Assembly: GCA_040390065.1 (NCBI GenBank)
Contig: JAZJZE010000006.1
Span: forward strand, 45,344 to 109,343
DNA: 64,000 bases
From: a bacterium
GTDB taxonomy: Archaea > Thermoplasmatota > E2 > JACPAO01 > JAHFTW01
Reading direction: 5' to 3'
Notes under the pieces: generated by a model
Seen by the model: the letters and a program-made list of their open reading frames with translations, nothing else
Database searches by the model: none
Told to the model about the DNA's origin: nothing
Shown: piece after piece, positions 1 through 9,578 of the stretch
How the letters are laid out: each line of letters begins with the position of its first letter
How positions within the stretch are numbered: the first letter of the stretch is position 1
Position numbers and translations under genes: made by a program

Positions 1-3000
1 GGGATCGACCCTGCTTGACTCGACGGGCGGCGTGATTGGTGTCTTCAACAACCAGGCGACGGTCGACGGCGCGCAGCCAGTCCTGGTCTCCGCCTTCGTC
101 GGCACGGTTGCCACCGGCGCGTTGCCGATCCTCGGCGCGCAGCCCAAGACGATCACGGCCACGTTCAGCGAGCCGGTCACCGAGACGGGTGGCAACGCTC
201 TCTTGGTCTCCGACTTCGCTTACACGAACGGCAACGCAGGTGCGGCCAACACGAACTGCCCCAGCGGCGCCGCGAGCCTTGCATCGCTCGTCTCCGGCGG
301 CACGGCGCCCACGGGAACGCTCAGCCAGACGCACACGGTCGTGCTCACGACGGACGGGCCCATCACGACCTTCGACGTGGGGCCGAACCCCGTCACGGGC
401 GTCTTCCTCGCCGGCGGCGGCACATGCCTGACAGTGTTCGACAGCGTCCGCGCCATCTCTGGCCAAGTGGTCGAGAAGGCGGCTCCGCACGCGACCGTCT
501 ACACGCCGGCCTCGGCCCTGCGCCTCACGGACGCGGAAGCTCCGAGCATCGCGAGCGCTGGTTTCATCGACGCCAACGGCGACGGCATCATCGACGCGGT
601 CCAGGTCAAGTTCAACGAAATGGTCAACGACGCTCCGCTGACGGCCGCCGACTGGTCGGTCAAGATCGGAACGCAAGCGCTGACCATCAAGGCCGTGACG
701 ACGGGCCAAGACGGCACCGAAACCGTCGACGGGCCGGGCGTCTGCCAGAACACGTATTCGCTCGCGACGGGCACGGGCGCCGTGAAGACGGTCTTCGCGC
801 TGTACCCGGACGAGGTCACGCCCGCAACCGGATTCGGCAAGGGCCTCTTCGACGACACCATCTTCCTCTGCCTCAACCCCGACGCGGCGACCGCCAACGG
901 CGGCACCAAGACGCTGGGCACGGGAGCCACGGGCTCGCTGCTGTACTCCGCCGCTGCCCCCGCAAGCCGCATCACGGACGTCCAGATGGCGACGAACAAG
1001 TTGCAGGACCTCGCCGCGGCGGTCACCATCGCAGACCTGGCTCGCCCCGTCATCCTGAACAACTGCCGCGTCGGCTCGGTCCAAGCCGGGGCCACCTGCC
1101 CCGCAGATGTGTCCGACGTCAGCGTCGAGACGGTTGACCTCAACAGCAACGGCAAGATTGACGCGCTGAAGGTCACGTTCTCGGAGAAGGTCAAGGACAG
1201 CACGTTCACGGTCGGCCAATGGAACCTCGCCGCACGCGCGCTCACGGGCATGCAGAGCGGCTCCATCGTCCCGACGCCGGCCGGCGAAGTCGACGACGCA
1301 ACCATCTACCTCACCTTCGCCGAGGCCTCGTCGCTCGACAGCGGCACGGGCCGCTACGGCTCGGCCACCATCCCCGACGTCGCGTACTTCGGTTCCGGCT
1401 CGATGAAGGACCTCAACAACAACCTGCTTCGCGGGGTGAGTCCCGGCGCGTGCAACGCACCGACCGTCGGCTGCTCCGACGAACGCGACGGCGCTGCCCC
1501 GACCATCGTATCCATCACGGCTGCGCCCGGCACGAACCTGGTCACCATCCAGTTCAGCGAGAACGTCGGCACGGGTGCGACGGGCACGGGCGCCATCGGC
1601 ACGGCCGACCTGGCGTACGTCAACACTGCCTCGGGCGGTGCCTCCAGCATCAACAGCATCAGCCACGCCGTCGGCAGCTCGACCCTGACGCTCACGCTGA
1701 ATGCCAACCTGAACTCGGCCGATGTGGCAAGCGGCGGAGACAAGATCGTCTTCACACCGGGCAACATCAAGGAGTTCAACTGCGGCGCCCACACGCCCCC
1801 GTACGCTTACCCCATCGTCGGCCCTGCGGCGCCCAACTCGTGCTACCGCGAAATCGCGATCACGCAGTCCAGCGTCGAACTCGCAGGTGTCAAGAGCCAC
1901 GCGCCGCCGACCGCCCCGGTCCTCACGAAGGACCCAACCGGTGACACGGCAACGGGCGCCAAGTTCACCTGGACGGTCCCGACGACATCCGGTGGCGCGA
2001 CCCTGGCATCCTACGAGTTCTTCGTGTGCCAGGCCCCGACGCTCCCCGCGTCGCACGCGGGCTGTGTTGCTCCGACCGGCGGCCAACCCGCCGCCTCGGC
2101 CACGTCGCTCACGGTGACCGGCCTTACGACGGGCAGCACGTACAGCTTCGGCATCCGTGCCATCGACTCGGACGGCCTGGCTGGCGCCGACTCCAACGGC
2201 ATCAACGGTTATGTCCCGGCCGCGCCGGACACCGATCCGCCCTGCGCCATCACCGACCTCTCGGTCGGCACGACGACCAGCAACTCGGTCACCCTGACAT
2301 TCCAGTCGCCGTTCGAGGACTGCGCCGCCCACGCGGGCAAGGTCAAGAGCTACAAGGTTGCCGTCTCGACGGGCACCGCGATCGGTTCGCAGGCGCAGTT
2401 CGATGCAGCCGTCGCGACGACGGGCCTGTCGTTCAGCCCCGCCACGCCGCAAGCGAACCCGACGCTTCAGGGGCTGACGGTCAGCAACCTCCAGCCCGGC
2501 CAGCAGTACCTCATCAGCGTCGAGGCCGTCGACGACGCCACCCCGACGGCCAACGTCGGTCCCCTCGGCGCCGCCGTCCCCGCAACGCCGTCGGCTCCTG
2601 GTGGGACGCCCGCCAAGATCGTCGACCTCGCCGTCACGGCCGGGTCGGCCTTCGGCAGCGTCGACCTTTCATGGTCAGCGCCGCCCAAGGACAGCCTCCT
2701 CGGAACGGGCACCGTGACGGGCTACGATGTCCGCATCACGACCTCGCCCGGTGGCCTCGGTGTCCCGGTGAGCAGCAGCGACCTGAGCTTCGGCTTCGGA
2801 ACGCCGGGAGCACCGGGCCAACCGCAGAGCGCCACCATCTCGGGTCTGTCCGCCGACACGACGTACTACATCACCGTCGCCGGCAAGAACCTCGGCACGA
2901 CCGGAACGCCGTCGACCCCCGCGTCGATCACGATCGGTTCCGACCCCAACGCGCTCACCGTCGCGGCACTGACCGCGTTCGAGACCAGCTTCGCGAACAC

Positions 3001-3718
3001 CCTCAAGGTCACGAACTCGGGCGGCACGAACACGCTGACCTGGGACACGCCGCCGGGCGACGCGACGCACGCGGCCGAGGGCATCCAGATCTGGAAGTCC
3101 ACGAACGGCGGCCCGTACACGCTGGTCAAGACCATCTCGTCGCTCAGCCCCGAGTACGGCCTGAAGTCGATGACGGACCCCGGCTCGTCCTCGGACAAGT
3201 ACCGCGGGACGGTCTACTACGGCAACACGGCGGCCAGCGGGTTTGCCGCCAACGGCGACCCCAACAGCATCCCGGGTTTCTCGAGCCTCCACGAGGCCAG
3301 CGCATCGTCCAACTTCCTGGGTCTCGACCCCATGATCTGGTGGATCATCATCGCGGCCGTCGGCCTGCTGTTGCTGCTGCTCATCATCCTCCTCATCGTC
3401 CGCAGCCGCCGCAACAAGGGCGGCGACTTCGCCGAGGAAGACGACGACGGAGGCTTTGCCGCGGTCGACGAGGGTGCCGAGGCGGCGCCTGCCATGGAAG
3501 CGCCCGATGCCCCGCCGGCGGATGCAGCCGCGGATGCGGCCGCAGCTTCGGCCGCCGTAGCCGCCGCCGCAGAGACGCCGCCGCCCGCGCAACCACAGGC
3601 CTCGGCCGAAAAGCACTACCTCACGTGCCCCAAGTGCACGACCGAGTTCACGGCCATGGGTGTCAAGCCGCTTGCCATCCAATGCCCGAACTGCGGTGTC
3701 CGCGGCACGCTCCGTTAG
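1..3718 (+). CDS. Giant Cys-rich surface protein (Ig-like/FnIII repeats, C-terminal TM helix, cytoplasmic Zn ribbon); 5'-truncated by the window
   Basis: Frame is open from base 2. Repeats IDANGDGIIDAVQVKFNE, VDLNSNGKIDALKVTFSE and TFSEPV; FnIII-like W...Y...GL...Y motifs; TM WWIIIAAVGLLLLLLIILLIV followed by RSRR; tail CPKC-x15-CPNCG. Confidence 0.85.
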   Translation, partial: GSTLLDSTGGVIGVFNNQATVDGAQPVLVSAFVGTVATGALPILGAQPKTITATFSEPVTETGGNALLVSDFAYTNGNAGAANTNCPSGAASLASLVSGGTAPTGTLSQTHTVVLTTDGPITTFDVGPNPVTGVFLAGGGTCLTVFDSVRAISGQVVEKAAPHATVYTPASALRLTDAEAPSIASAGFIDANGDGIIDAVQVKFNEMVNDAPLTAADWSVKIGTQALTIKAVTTGQDGTETVDGPGVCQNTYSLATGTGAVKTVFALYPDEVTPATGFGKGLFDDTIFLCLNPDAATANGGTKTLGTGATGSLLYSAAAPASRITDVQMATNKLQDLAAAVTIADLARPVILNNCRVGSVQAGATCPADVSDVSVETVDLNSNGKIDALKVTFSEKVKDSTFTVGQWNLAARALTGMQSGSIVPTPAGEVDDATIYLTFAEASSLDSGTGRYGSATIPDVAYFGSGSMKDLNNNLLRGVSPGACNAPTVGCSDERDGAAPTIVSITAAPGTNLVTIQFSENVGTGATGTGAIGTADLAYVNTASGGASSINSISHAVGSSTLTLTLNANLNSADVASGGDKIVFTPGNIKEFNCGAHTPPYAYPIVGPAAPNSCYREIAITQSSVELAGVKSHAPPTAPVLTKDPTGDTATGAKFTWTVPTTSGGATLASYEFFVCQAPTLPASHAGCVAPTGGQPAASATSLTVTGLTTGSTYSFGIRAIDSDGLAGADSNGINGYVPAAPDTDPPCAITDLSVGTTTSNSVTLTFQSPFEDCAAHAGKVKSYKVAVSTGTAIGSQAQFDAAVATTGLSFSPATPQANPTLQGLTVSNLQPGQQYLISVEAVDDATPTANVGPLGAAVPATPSAPGGTPAKIVDLAVTAGSAFGSVDLSWSAPPKDSLLGTGTVTGYDVRITTSPGGLGVPVSSSDLSFGFGTPGAPGQPQSATISGLSADTTYYITVAGKNLGTTGTPSTPASITIGSDPNALTVAALTAFETSFANTLKVTNSGGTNTLTWDTPPGDATHAAEGIQIWKSTNGGPYTLVKTISSLSPEYGLKSMTDPGSSSDKYRGTVYYGNTAASGFAANGDPNSIPGFSSLHEASASSNFLGLDPMIWWIIIAAVGLLLLLLIILLIVRSRRNKGGDFAEEDDDGGFAAVDEGAEAAPAMEAPDAPPADAAADAAAASAAVAAAAETPPPAQPQASAEKHYLTCPKCTTEFTAMGVKPLAIQCPNCGVRGTLR

Positions 3719-3730
3719 GCCGGTCCAGCC

Positions 3731-3750
3731 TTTTCTCCCCTTTTCCCCCC
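3731..3750 (+). terminator. Pyrimidine/oligo-T tract, probable archaeal terminator
   Basis: ttttctccccttttcccccc just after the stop codon; a similar tract follows the next gene at 9261-9295. Confidence 0.5.
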
Positions 3751-3775
3751 GTGCCGTCACCGCCAACCTACGGCG

Positions 3776-3933
3776 TCCGCGGATTTGCCTGAAATACCGT
3801 GCAGGACCGGTTTGGCCCACGCGCATCTTGCGAGGCCGCGGACTGGGAGCACATTTTGCCGATTTTGGCGTACCGTTTTGGTCAATCGGCGCACTCCAGA
3901 TGGATGACGAACTGGAAGGCATCTGCGCAATGG
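3776..3933 (+). repeat. Dispersed non-coding repeat, copy A
   Basis: 3895-3927 is identical over 33 nt to 17706-17738; 3837-3864 matches the reverse complement of 44751-44778 at 25/28. Confidence 0.8.
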
Positions 3934-3941
3934 AGCCCGCG

Positions 3942-3982
3942 GTTCGGTCGGGTCCGAATCTGTTGCTTGTTGTTTTAAATAC
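3942..3982 (+). promoter_or_regulatory. Archaeal promoter (TATA box TTTTAAATA) of giant surface gene 2
   Basis: gttcgg..ccgaatctgtt..ttttaaatac, homologous to 9469-9509 upstream of gene 3. Confidence 0.65.
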
Positions 3983-4057
3983 GTCCAGGGATGGGACGGA
4001 CCAGCAACGCTGATTGCGTGCCGCGAGGGCCGCGTCGGTGTGCCTTGAGGCAACAAC

Positions 4058-7000
4058 ATGGTGGCTGGTTCCCCGAAGCCAAAGTACCGCGCCCCGGCGC
4101 GCATCCTGATGGTCGCCGCCGTGCTGCTCCTTGGCAGCCTGATGCCCGCCATCGGCCCCGCCGCAGCGCAGTCCGGCAGCACGACGCTCATGACCGGCCC
4201 GTTCTTCGACGACGCCGGATCGCAGACGTTCCCGCACTGTCCGACGACGCCGACGAACCCCGCCCTCAAGGCGCAGAACGACGACGGCATCTGGCAGGTC
4301 CGCCAAGTCACTGTCATCTCCTCCACGGACGTCAACCAAGTCACCTTCGATTACGTCGTCGGCACCGGCACGGGTGTGGGCGCCAACCAGCGCATCGAAT
4401 GGGGCACGTCCACCGCAGGCAGCAAGGCCGCCGGCTGGCCGAGCATCTCCGTCTCCAACGGCGCAGCGTCCGGCAACCTGAACCGCCTCACGTTTTCGGG
4501 CGGCACACTGTCGCACCTCAGCCTCGCCGGCCAAGTCTTCACGATCGCGTTCCGCGTCATCGGAAGCCCCGCGGCCGACGTCTACACGCAGCTGGGCGCC
4601 GGCAAGGTCAGCGTCACCGCAGGCAGCAAGGACGTCGTCGGCACCGGCACGGCCTTCACGCAGTTCTTCGCCGTCGGCAACACCTTCAAGGTGAGCGGCG
4701 ACGCGCACCAGTACAAGGTCGCAAGCATCCAGGACGCGACCCACCTCAAGCTCACGGACAAGCTGGTCGGCTCCTCCATCACGCCGACGACGGCGCTCAA
4801 CTACACCAAGATTGACCCGGCCACGACGACCACGCCCGCGACGTTCCCCGTCAAGGTGGACAACGACGCCAGCATCTGCATCGTCATCGACATGACGCCG
4901 CCGCACGTCATCTCGGCCTACACGCGCGACACGAACTTCAACGGTCTCTTGGACGAGATGGTCCTCACCTTCGACGAGGAGATGGACCCGACGACGCTGA
5001 ACCCCGCCTCGTTCGCCGTCAACGCGAGCTCCAGCGGCGAACCCATCCCCTACTCCGTGCTCCCGTCCAACGGCAAGAGCCTGGTCAAAGGACTGGGCAG
5101 CGACGACGGCCATTTCTCCGACCCGGCATGCACCACGGCCTCACCGCCCGCCAATGCCTGCGTCAACCTCGAGAAGACCCTGAAGTTGTCGCTCGCGGAG
5201 GGTTACAAGTACGACACGGGCGTCTTGCCTGAGGTCACGTACCCGAAGGCCGGCGAGTCGGCGACGTTCTCGGACCTTGCGCACAACCCTCTCGCCAACA
5301 TCACGAACTCCGACCTCACCGAAGTCGACGGCGCCAAGCCCGTCCTGGTGAGCGTCTTCGACTTCGAGGGCGCCACCTCGATGATCGCCACGTTCAGCGA
5401 ACCCGTCACGGGCTCGGGCCCCAAGTCGGGCGCCCAGGCCGGCGACGTCGACAACTGCATCGGTGGTCTCGGCTGCGTCCGGACGACCGACTTCTTCTAC
5501 TACGATCGCTGCGCCGGAAAACTCAGCAGCGACAGCCAGTGCAACCCGGCCACGGGCCTCAGCCACATGTCGGGCACGAATTGCATCACCGCGCAATCCG
5601 GTCTTTCCCCTGAGATCGGCGTCTCCATGCACACGCCTGGCCCAACGAACGGCAACACGGTGACGCTGCCCGTCATCGCTGTCGCCTCGGACCCTGGCTG
5701 CGATGTGGCCGGCAAGGGGCAAGGCGTCAAGGGCTACGTCGGCAAGGGCGACGCTCAGCAGGCGCTCGGTGATGTCATCGCGCTCAACACAATGGCCTCC
5801 GAACCCGTGAGTTCCATCACTTGCCCCGGCATCGACTTCCTGCCCTGCGGCGCCCTCGTACGCGACGCCACCGGCCTGCGCGGCGTCCCCACGGCTCCGT
5901 GCAGCATCGCCAACGTGTGCAACGCCGGCGCCGGCCCCGGCGGCGGCGCCAACGGCATCAAGGGCGCAACCTCGTCGCTGCCCCTCGTTGTCGACGCGGT
6001 CGTCAACATCGACACCTTCCAAGTCACGCTCAACTTCAACGGTCCCGTGAGCGACGCCTCCGGCGACGACAAGCCCCTTACGCTGCAGGACCTCACCGTC
6101 ATCTCGGCCGACGGTCCCAGCAACTCGCAGGGGCCGGGCGGCATCACGCAGATCCTGCACCGGGCCGGCGCCTCGCGCGCCATCCTGACGCTGGACAAGA
6201 AGGTCCGGCCGACGGACGTCGACGACACGCCGACCAAGATCGGCATCAAGTGCAATGCCATCAAGGGCACGCGGCAGGCGGCGTTCGTGCCGTGCGGCGA
6301 TCCTGACGGCACGGGCGGATCGGGAGTGGCCCTCATCGACAACGTTCTGCCCGCCATCCTCAAGGCCGAGACGGTCGACATGGACCGCGACGGCCAGGTG
6401 GACGGTTTGTTCCTGGAGTTCAACGAGCCGGTCGACGACACGACGTTCTGTCAGCTTGGCAACGCGCCGCCCCCGGCCGAATGCTACCCCGGTTCCGGCG
6501 GCGTCGGCCTGCAGGTGGGCAAGTACCACCACCCCGCGGACGCGACGGGTCCGGAGACGAAGTACGTCTTCGACACGGACGCCAGCCCCGGAGGCGTTGG
6601 CGCGCCCATCAGCGTCGACCAAGGCAACGGCCAGCCCAACGACCGCTTTGGCATCATCAAGTTCGTGAACCCGTTCAAGCAGCCCATCGGCCTCGGCACT
6701 GCCGACCCGGCCGACACGGCCATCACGACGACCGCCGCAGGCCTGTTCTCCGACCTGTCCCATCCGGGGCCGCCGACGCAGCCGCCGTACGCCCAGGCCA
6801 AGCAGATGGCACAGATCTGCCCCACCGGATGCCTCGGCTCGGTCAAGCTCCTGGACGGCGCGCCGCCGGTGCTGCTCTCGGCCTTGACGGTCGACACGCG
6901 GCTCACGGTTCCTGGAGCCCCCACGGTCAACGACCTGGAAGGGGACGGCTACCTCGACGGATACCGCATGACGTTCAGCGAACCCGTGCTCGACAAGTCG

Positions 7001-9253
7001 TTCTGCCACAACAACCTGCAGACCGGCCCCGTCTACCTGTGCAACTCGGTGGAGTGGGCTGTCGAGGGCCACAAGGTCATCGGCATGCGCACCCGCGACC
7101 CGAACGTCGTCGACCTCACCGGCCTCACGAACGTCGACAACGAGGTCACGCTGCTCTTTGCCCCGGGCGACCACCCGGATACCGGCGAGCGGCCCAAGCT
7201 CACGTACTTCGGCCCGTCGCAGCCCACGTACGGCTTCAAGGATCTGCAAGGCGTCCAGATGCTGCCCCTGCAGCCGATCGACGGCTTCGAGGAGGACGAT
7301 GCAGCACCGGTCATCACGTTGGTCGAGGGCTTCCTCGGCCGCAACAACGTGACCATCCGCTTCAGCGAGCCCGTCGACAACGGCCAGAAAGGCGCCCTCG
7401 GGCGCTCCAGCCTGCTGTACTTCAACATCGACCACTTGCCCGACGGCGTCTCCGGATTGTCCTCGCAGGACGCAGTCGTGCACTTCGCCGCCACGGACAA
7501 CCTGATTGCGCACCTGAACTGCCCCGTCAACGCGCCCAAGACGGTGCCGGACTGCGGCAACATCGGCTTGCAGGTGCACGACATCCAGAACGACACCATC
7601 TCGGCCGAGCTGAACTCCATCTGGGAAACGTCCCCCAGCGTCCCGTCGCCGCATGTCGTTTCCAAGAAGTCCGTGTCGGTGAAGAACCACCACCTCGGCA
7701 ACGCCATCGACATCTTCCGCCCCGCCAACGTCACGCAGTTCCAGGTCGTGAAGCAGCTGACGTCCGCCAACTCGGTGACCCTGAGCTGGAAGGCGCCCGG
7801 CAACGACGGCAACGGCTTCGGCTCGGTGCGCGGCTACCGCATCAAGGTGTCGACGCAGAAGATCGCCCCCGGCGACTTCAACGTCTCGTCGGCGCCGGGC
7901 AGCTACGGCCTTGGCGACTCGAACCCGAACGCCACCCTCAACGCCGACGGCAGCGCCAATATCGTGCGGCTGCGCGGCGACCAGGTCTACGCCATCCTCA
8001 GCCCCGACGCGGGCGGACTGGCCGGTCCTGGCGAGTACCAGCAGGCGACCATCATCGGCCTGCAGGCCCAGACCACGTACCACTTCGCCGTCGAGGCGTT
8101 CGATGCCGCGACGCTGCCGCCGTGCTACACGACGGATGCAGGTCACACGACGTTTGCCGCCCCAGTGGCCGCTTGCCCCTCGACCAACACGAAGCGCGTC
8201 GACTTCCGCCACTTCTCCGGCATGCGACCGGATGACGTCTCGATTGCCGCGACGCAGTACGACGTCTCCACGGCGACCGGCATCGACCTGACGCCGCCGG
8301 TCCCGACACCGGTCATCGCAAGCACGACGCACCCGGCGAACCGCCCCGACCCGAAGATGACCGCCATCTTCAGCTGGACGAACGCGACGGACGGCGAGTC
8401 GACGGTGAACTACCACTACGCGCTCAACACGGACCCGCAGTACAAGGTCCTCGTCACGGACTTGGTCTACACGGGCGCTGCCAACCTGCCGAGCGTCTCG
8501 ATCCCCATCCCGAGCCGCGGCACGTGGTACTTCCACGTCGCGGCCTTCAGCGGCGGCGGCTCGACGGCGACGGCGCACTACACCATCATCGTGGACCGCC
8601 CGACCATCGACCCCGCGGACATCCGCGAACGCAACGACCTCGTGCTCACGAACGCGACGCGCGACGGCGCGACCAACTCGGTGACGTGGCACCTGCCGGA
8701 CCAGGCGCTCCTGCCCCCCGGCGGCCAACTCGAGGGCGTCGACATCTACGCCATCGAAGGATGCGGCTCCTCGACGGGCTGCACGGTCGTCAACGCCCAC
8801 TCGATCACCGGCACGTACGACCAACTGCAGTCGGGCACGTGGACGGACGACCGCGCGACGGCCGGAAGCGTCACGGGCTACCGCGTCGAGATGGTCTTCG
8901 CCAACGCGCAGACGCAGACGCCGACCGGCGGGAGCCACAGCGTCCAGGGTTTCGCCGCCATCCAGGAACAACCCGGCCACGACAACTCCGCGCTCTGGTG
9001 GCTCCTGGCCGCTGTCCTACTGGTTCTCGTGGCGGCCGGCATCGCCTTCCTGGTGATCCGCAGCAAGCGCGCCAACGCTGCAGCCTTCGAGGAGATCCCC
9101 TCGGAATCGACCGCGGCGGGCATGGACCCCGTGACCGGCCTGCCGGCACATGACGTGCGCTGCCCCTCGTGCCAGACGGCGTTCCAGGCGGTCGGCAACC
9201 TGCCGCTGCAGATCACCTGCCCCAACTGCGGTGTTTCGGGCCTGCTGCAGTAG
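4058..9253 (+). CDS. Giant Cys-rich surface protein (signal peptide, Ig-like/FnIII repeats, TM helix, cytoplasmic Zn ribbon)
   Basis: 1731-aa ORF; signal peptide ending PAAA-Q; DxDxDG..TFxE repeats; TM LWWLLAAVLLVLVAAGIAFLVI followed by RSKR; tail CPSC-x15-CPNCG. Confidence 0.88.
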   Translation: MVAGSPKPKYRAPARILMVAAVLLLGSLMPAIGPAAAQSGSTTLMTGPFFDDAGSQTFPHCPTTPTNPALKAQNDDGIWQVRQVTVISSTDVNQVTFDYVVGTGTGVGANQRIEWGTSTAGSKAAGWPSISVSNGAASGNLNRLTFSGGTLSHLSLAGQVFTIAFRVIGSPAADVYTQLGAGKVSVTAGSKDVVGTGTAFTQFFAVGNTFKVSGDAHQYKVASIQDATHLKLTDKLVGSSITPTTALNYTKIDPATTTTPATFPVKVDNDASICIVIDMTPPHVISAYTRDTNFNGLLDEMVLTFDEEMDPTTLNPASFAVNASSSGEPIPYSVLPSNGKSLVKGLGSDDGHFSDPACTTASPPANACVNLEKTLKLSLAEGYKYDTGVLPEVTYPKAGESATFSDLAHNPLANITNSDLTEVDGAKPVLVSVFDFEGATSMIATFSEPVTGSGPKSGAQAGDVDNCIGGLGCVRTTDFFYYDRCAGKLSSDSQCNPATGLSHMSGTNCITAQSGLSPEIGVSMHTPGPTNGNTVTLPVIAVASDPGCDVAGKGQGVKGYVGKGDAQQALGDVIALNTMASEPVSSITCPGIDFLPCGALVRDATGLRGVPTAPCSIANVCNAGAGPGGGANGIKGATSSLPLVVDAVVNIDTFQVTLNFNGPVSDASGDDKPLTLQDLTVISADGPSNSQGPGGITQILHRAGASRAILTLDKKVRPTDVDDTPTKIGIKCNAIKGTRQAAFVPCGDPDGTGGSGVALIDNVLPAILKAETVDMDRDGQVDGLFLEFNEPVDDTTFCQLGNAPPPAECYPGSGGVGLQVGKYHHPADATGPETKYVFDTDASPGGVGAPISVDQGNGQPNDRFGIIKFVNPFKQPIGLGTADPADTAITTTAAGLFSDLSHPGPPTQPPYAQAKQMAQICPTGCLGSVKLLDGAPPVLLSALTVDTRLTVPGAPTVNDLEGDGYLDGYRMTFSEPVLDKSFCHNNLQTGPVYLCNSVEWAVEGHKVIGMRTRDPNVVDLTGLTNVDNEVTLLFAPGDHPDTGERPKLTYFGPSQPTYGFKDLQGVQMLPLQPIDGFEEDDAAPVITLVEGFLGRNNVTIRFSEPVDNGQKGALGRSSLLYFNIDHLPDGVSGLSSQDAVVHFAATDNLIAHLNCPVNAPKTVPDCGNIGLQVHDIQNDTISAELNSIWETSPSVPSPHVVSKKSVSVKNHHLGNAIDIFRPANVTQFQVVKQLTSANSVTLSWKAPGNDGNGFGSVRGYRIKVSTQKIAPGDFNVSSAPGSYGLGDSNPNATLNADGSANIVRLRGDQVYAILSPDAGGLAGPGEYQQATIIGLQAQTTYHFAVEAFDAATLPPCYTTDAGHTTFAAPVAACPSTNTKRVDFRHFSGMRPDDVSIAATQYDVSTATGIDLTPPVPTPVIASTTHPANRPDPKMTAIFSWTNATDGESTVNYHYALNTDPQYKVLVTDLVYTGAANLPSVSIPIPSRGTWYFHVAAFSGGGSTATAHYTIIVDRPTIDPADIRERNDLVLTNATRDGATNSVTWHLPDQALLPPGGQLEGVDIYAIEGCGSSTGCTVVNAHSITGTYDQLQSGTWTDDRATAGSVTGYRVEMVFANAQTQTPTGGSHSVQGFAAIQEQPGHDNSALWWLLAAVLLVLVAAGIAFLVIRSKRANAAAFEEIPSESTAAGMDPVTGLPAHDVRCPSCQTAFQAVGNLPLQITCPNCGVSGLLQ

Positions 9254-9410
9254 GCCACAACCCCCATTTTCCCTCCTTTTCCCTCGTCCTTTCCTGTCCG
9301 TCCGGGCGCCGACGCCTTGCCCGCCATCCCTGGGAGAGTGGGTCAGCTCCGGGGGGCTATGGCGGCCGGGCCGGCGCCAGACCGGGGCCAACCAGGGGGT
9401 CGCCCAGGAG

Positions 9411-9465
9411 GGGCAATCTGCGGGGAATCCAGCTGGATTGCGAACGGGAAGGCATCTGCGAAATG
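9411..9465 (+). repeat. Dispersed non-coding repeat, copy B (partial)
   Basis: 9428-9460 matches the 33-nt core at 29/33. Confidence 0.75.
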
Positions 9466-9468
9466 CCC

Positions 9469-9509
9469 GTTCGGTTGACTCCGAATCTGTTCCTTGGCGT
9501 TTTTAATAC
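9469..9509 (+). promoter_or_regulatory. Archaeal promoter (TATA box TTTTAATA) of giant surface gene 3
   Basis: Homologous to 3942-3982; lies about 70 nt before ATG 9579. Confidence 0.65.
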
Positions 9510-9578
9510 CCCCCAGATTGGAGAACCATGGGACCGGTGCGCCTTTTGGTGACGCCGGCCTCAAGACGAGGTCAAATC

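Noticed and set aside
3900-4013. Conserved peptide MDDELEGIC as an upstream ORF
   Set aside because: It lies upstream of the TATA box; copy B loses the ATG and has non-synonymous changes, so conservation is at the DNA level
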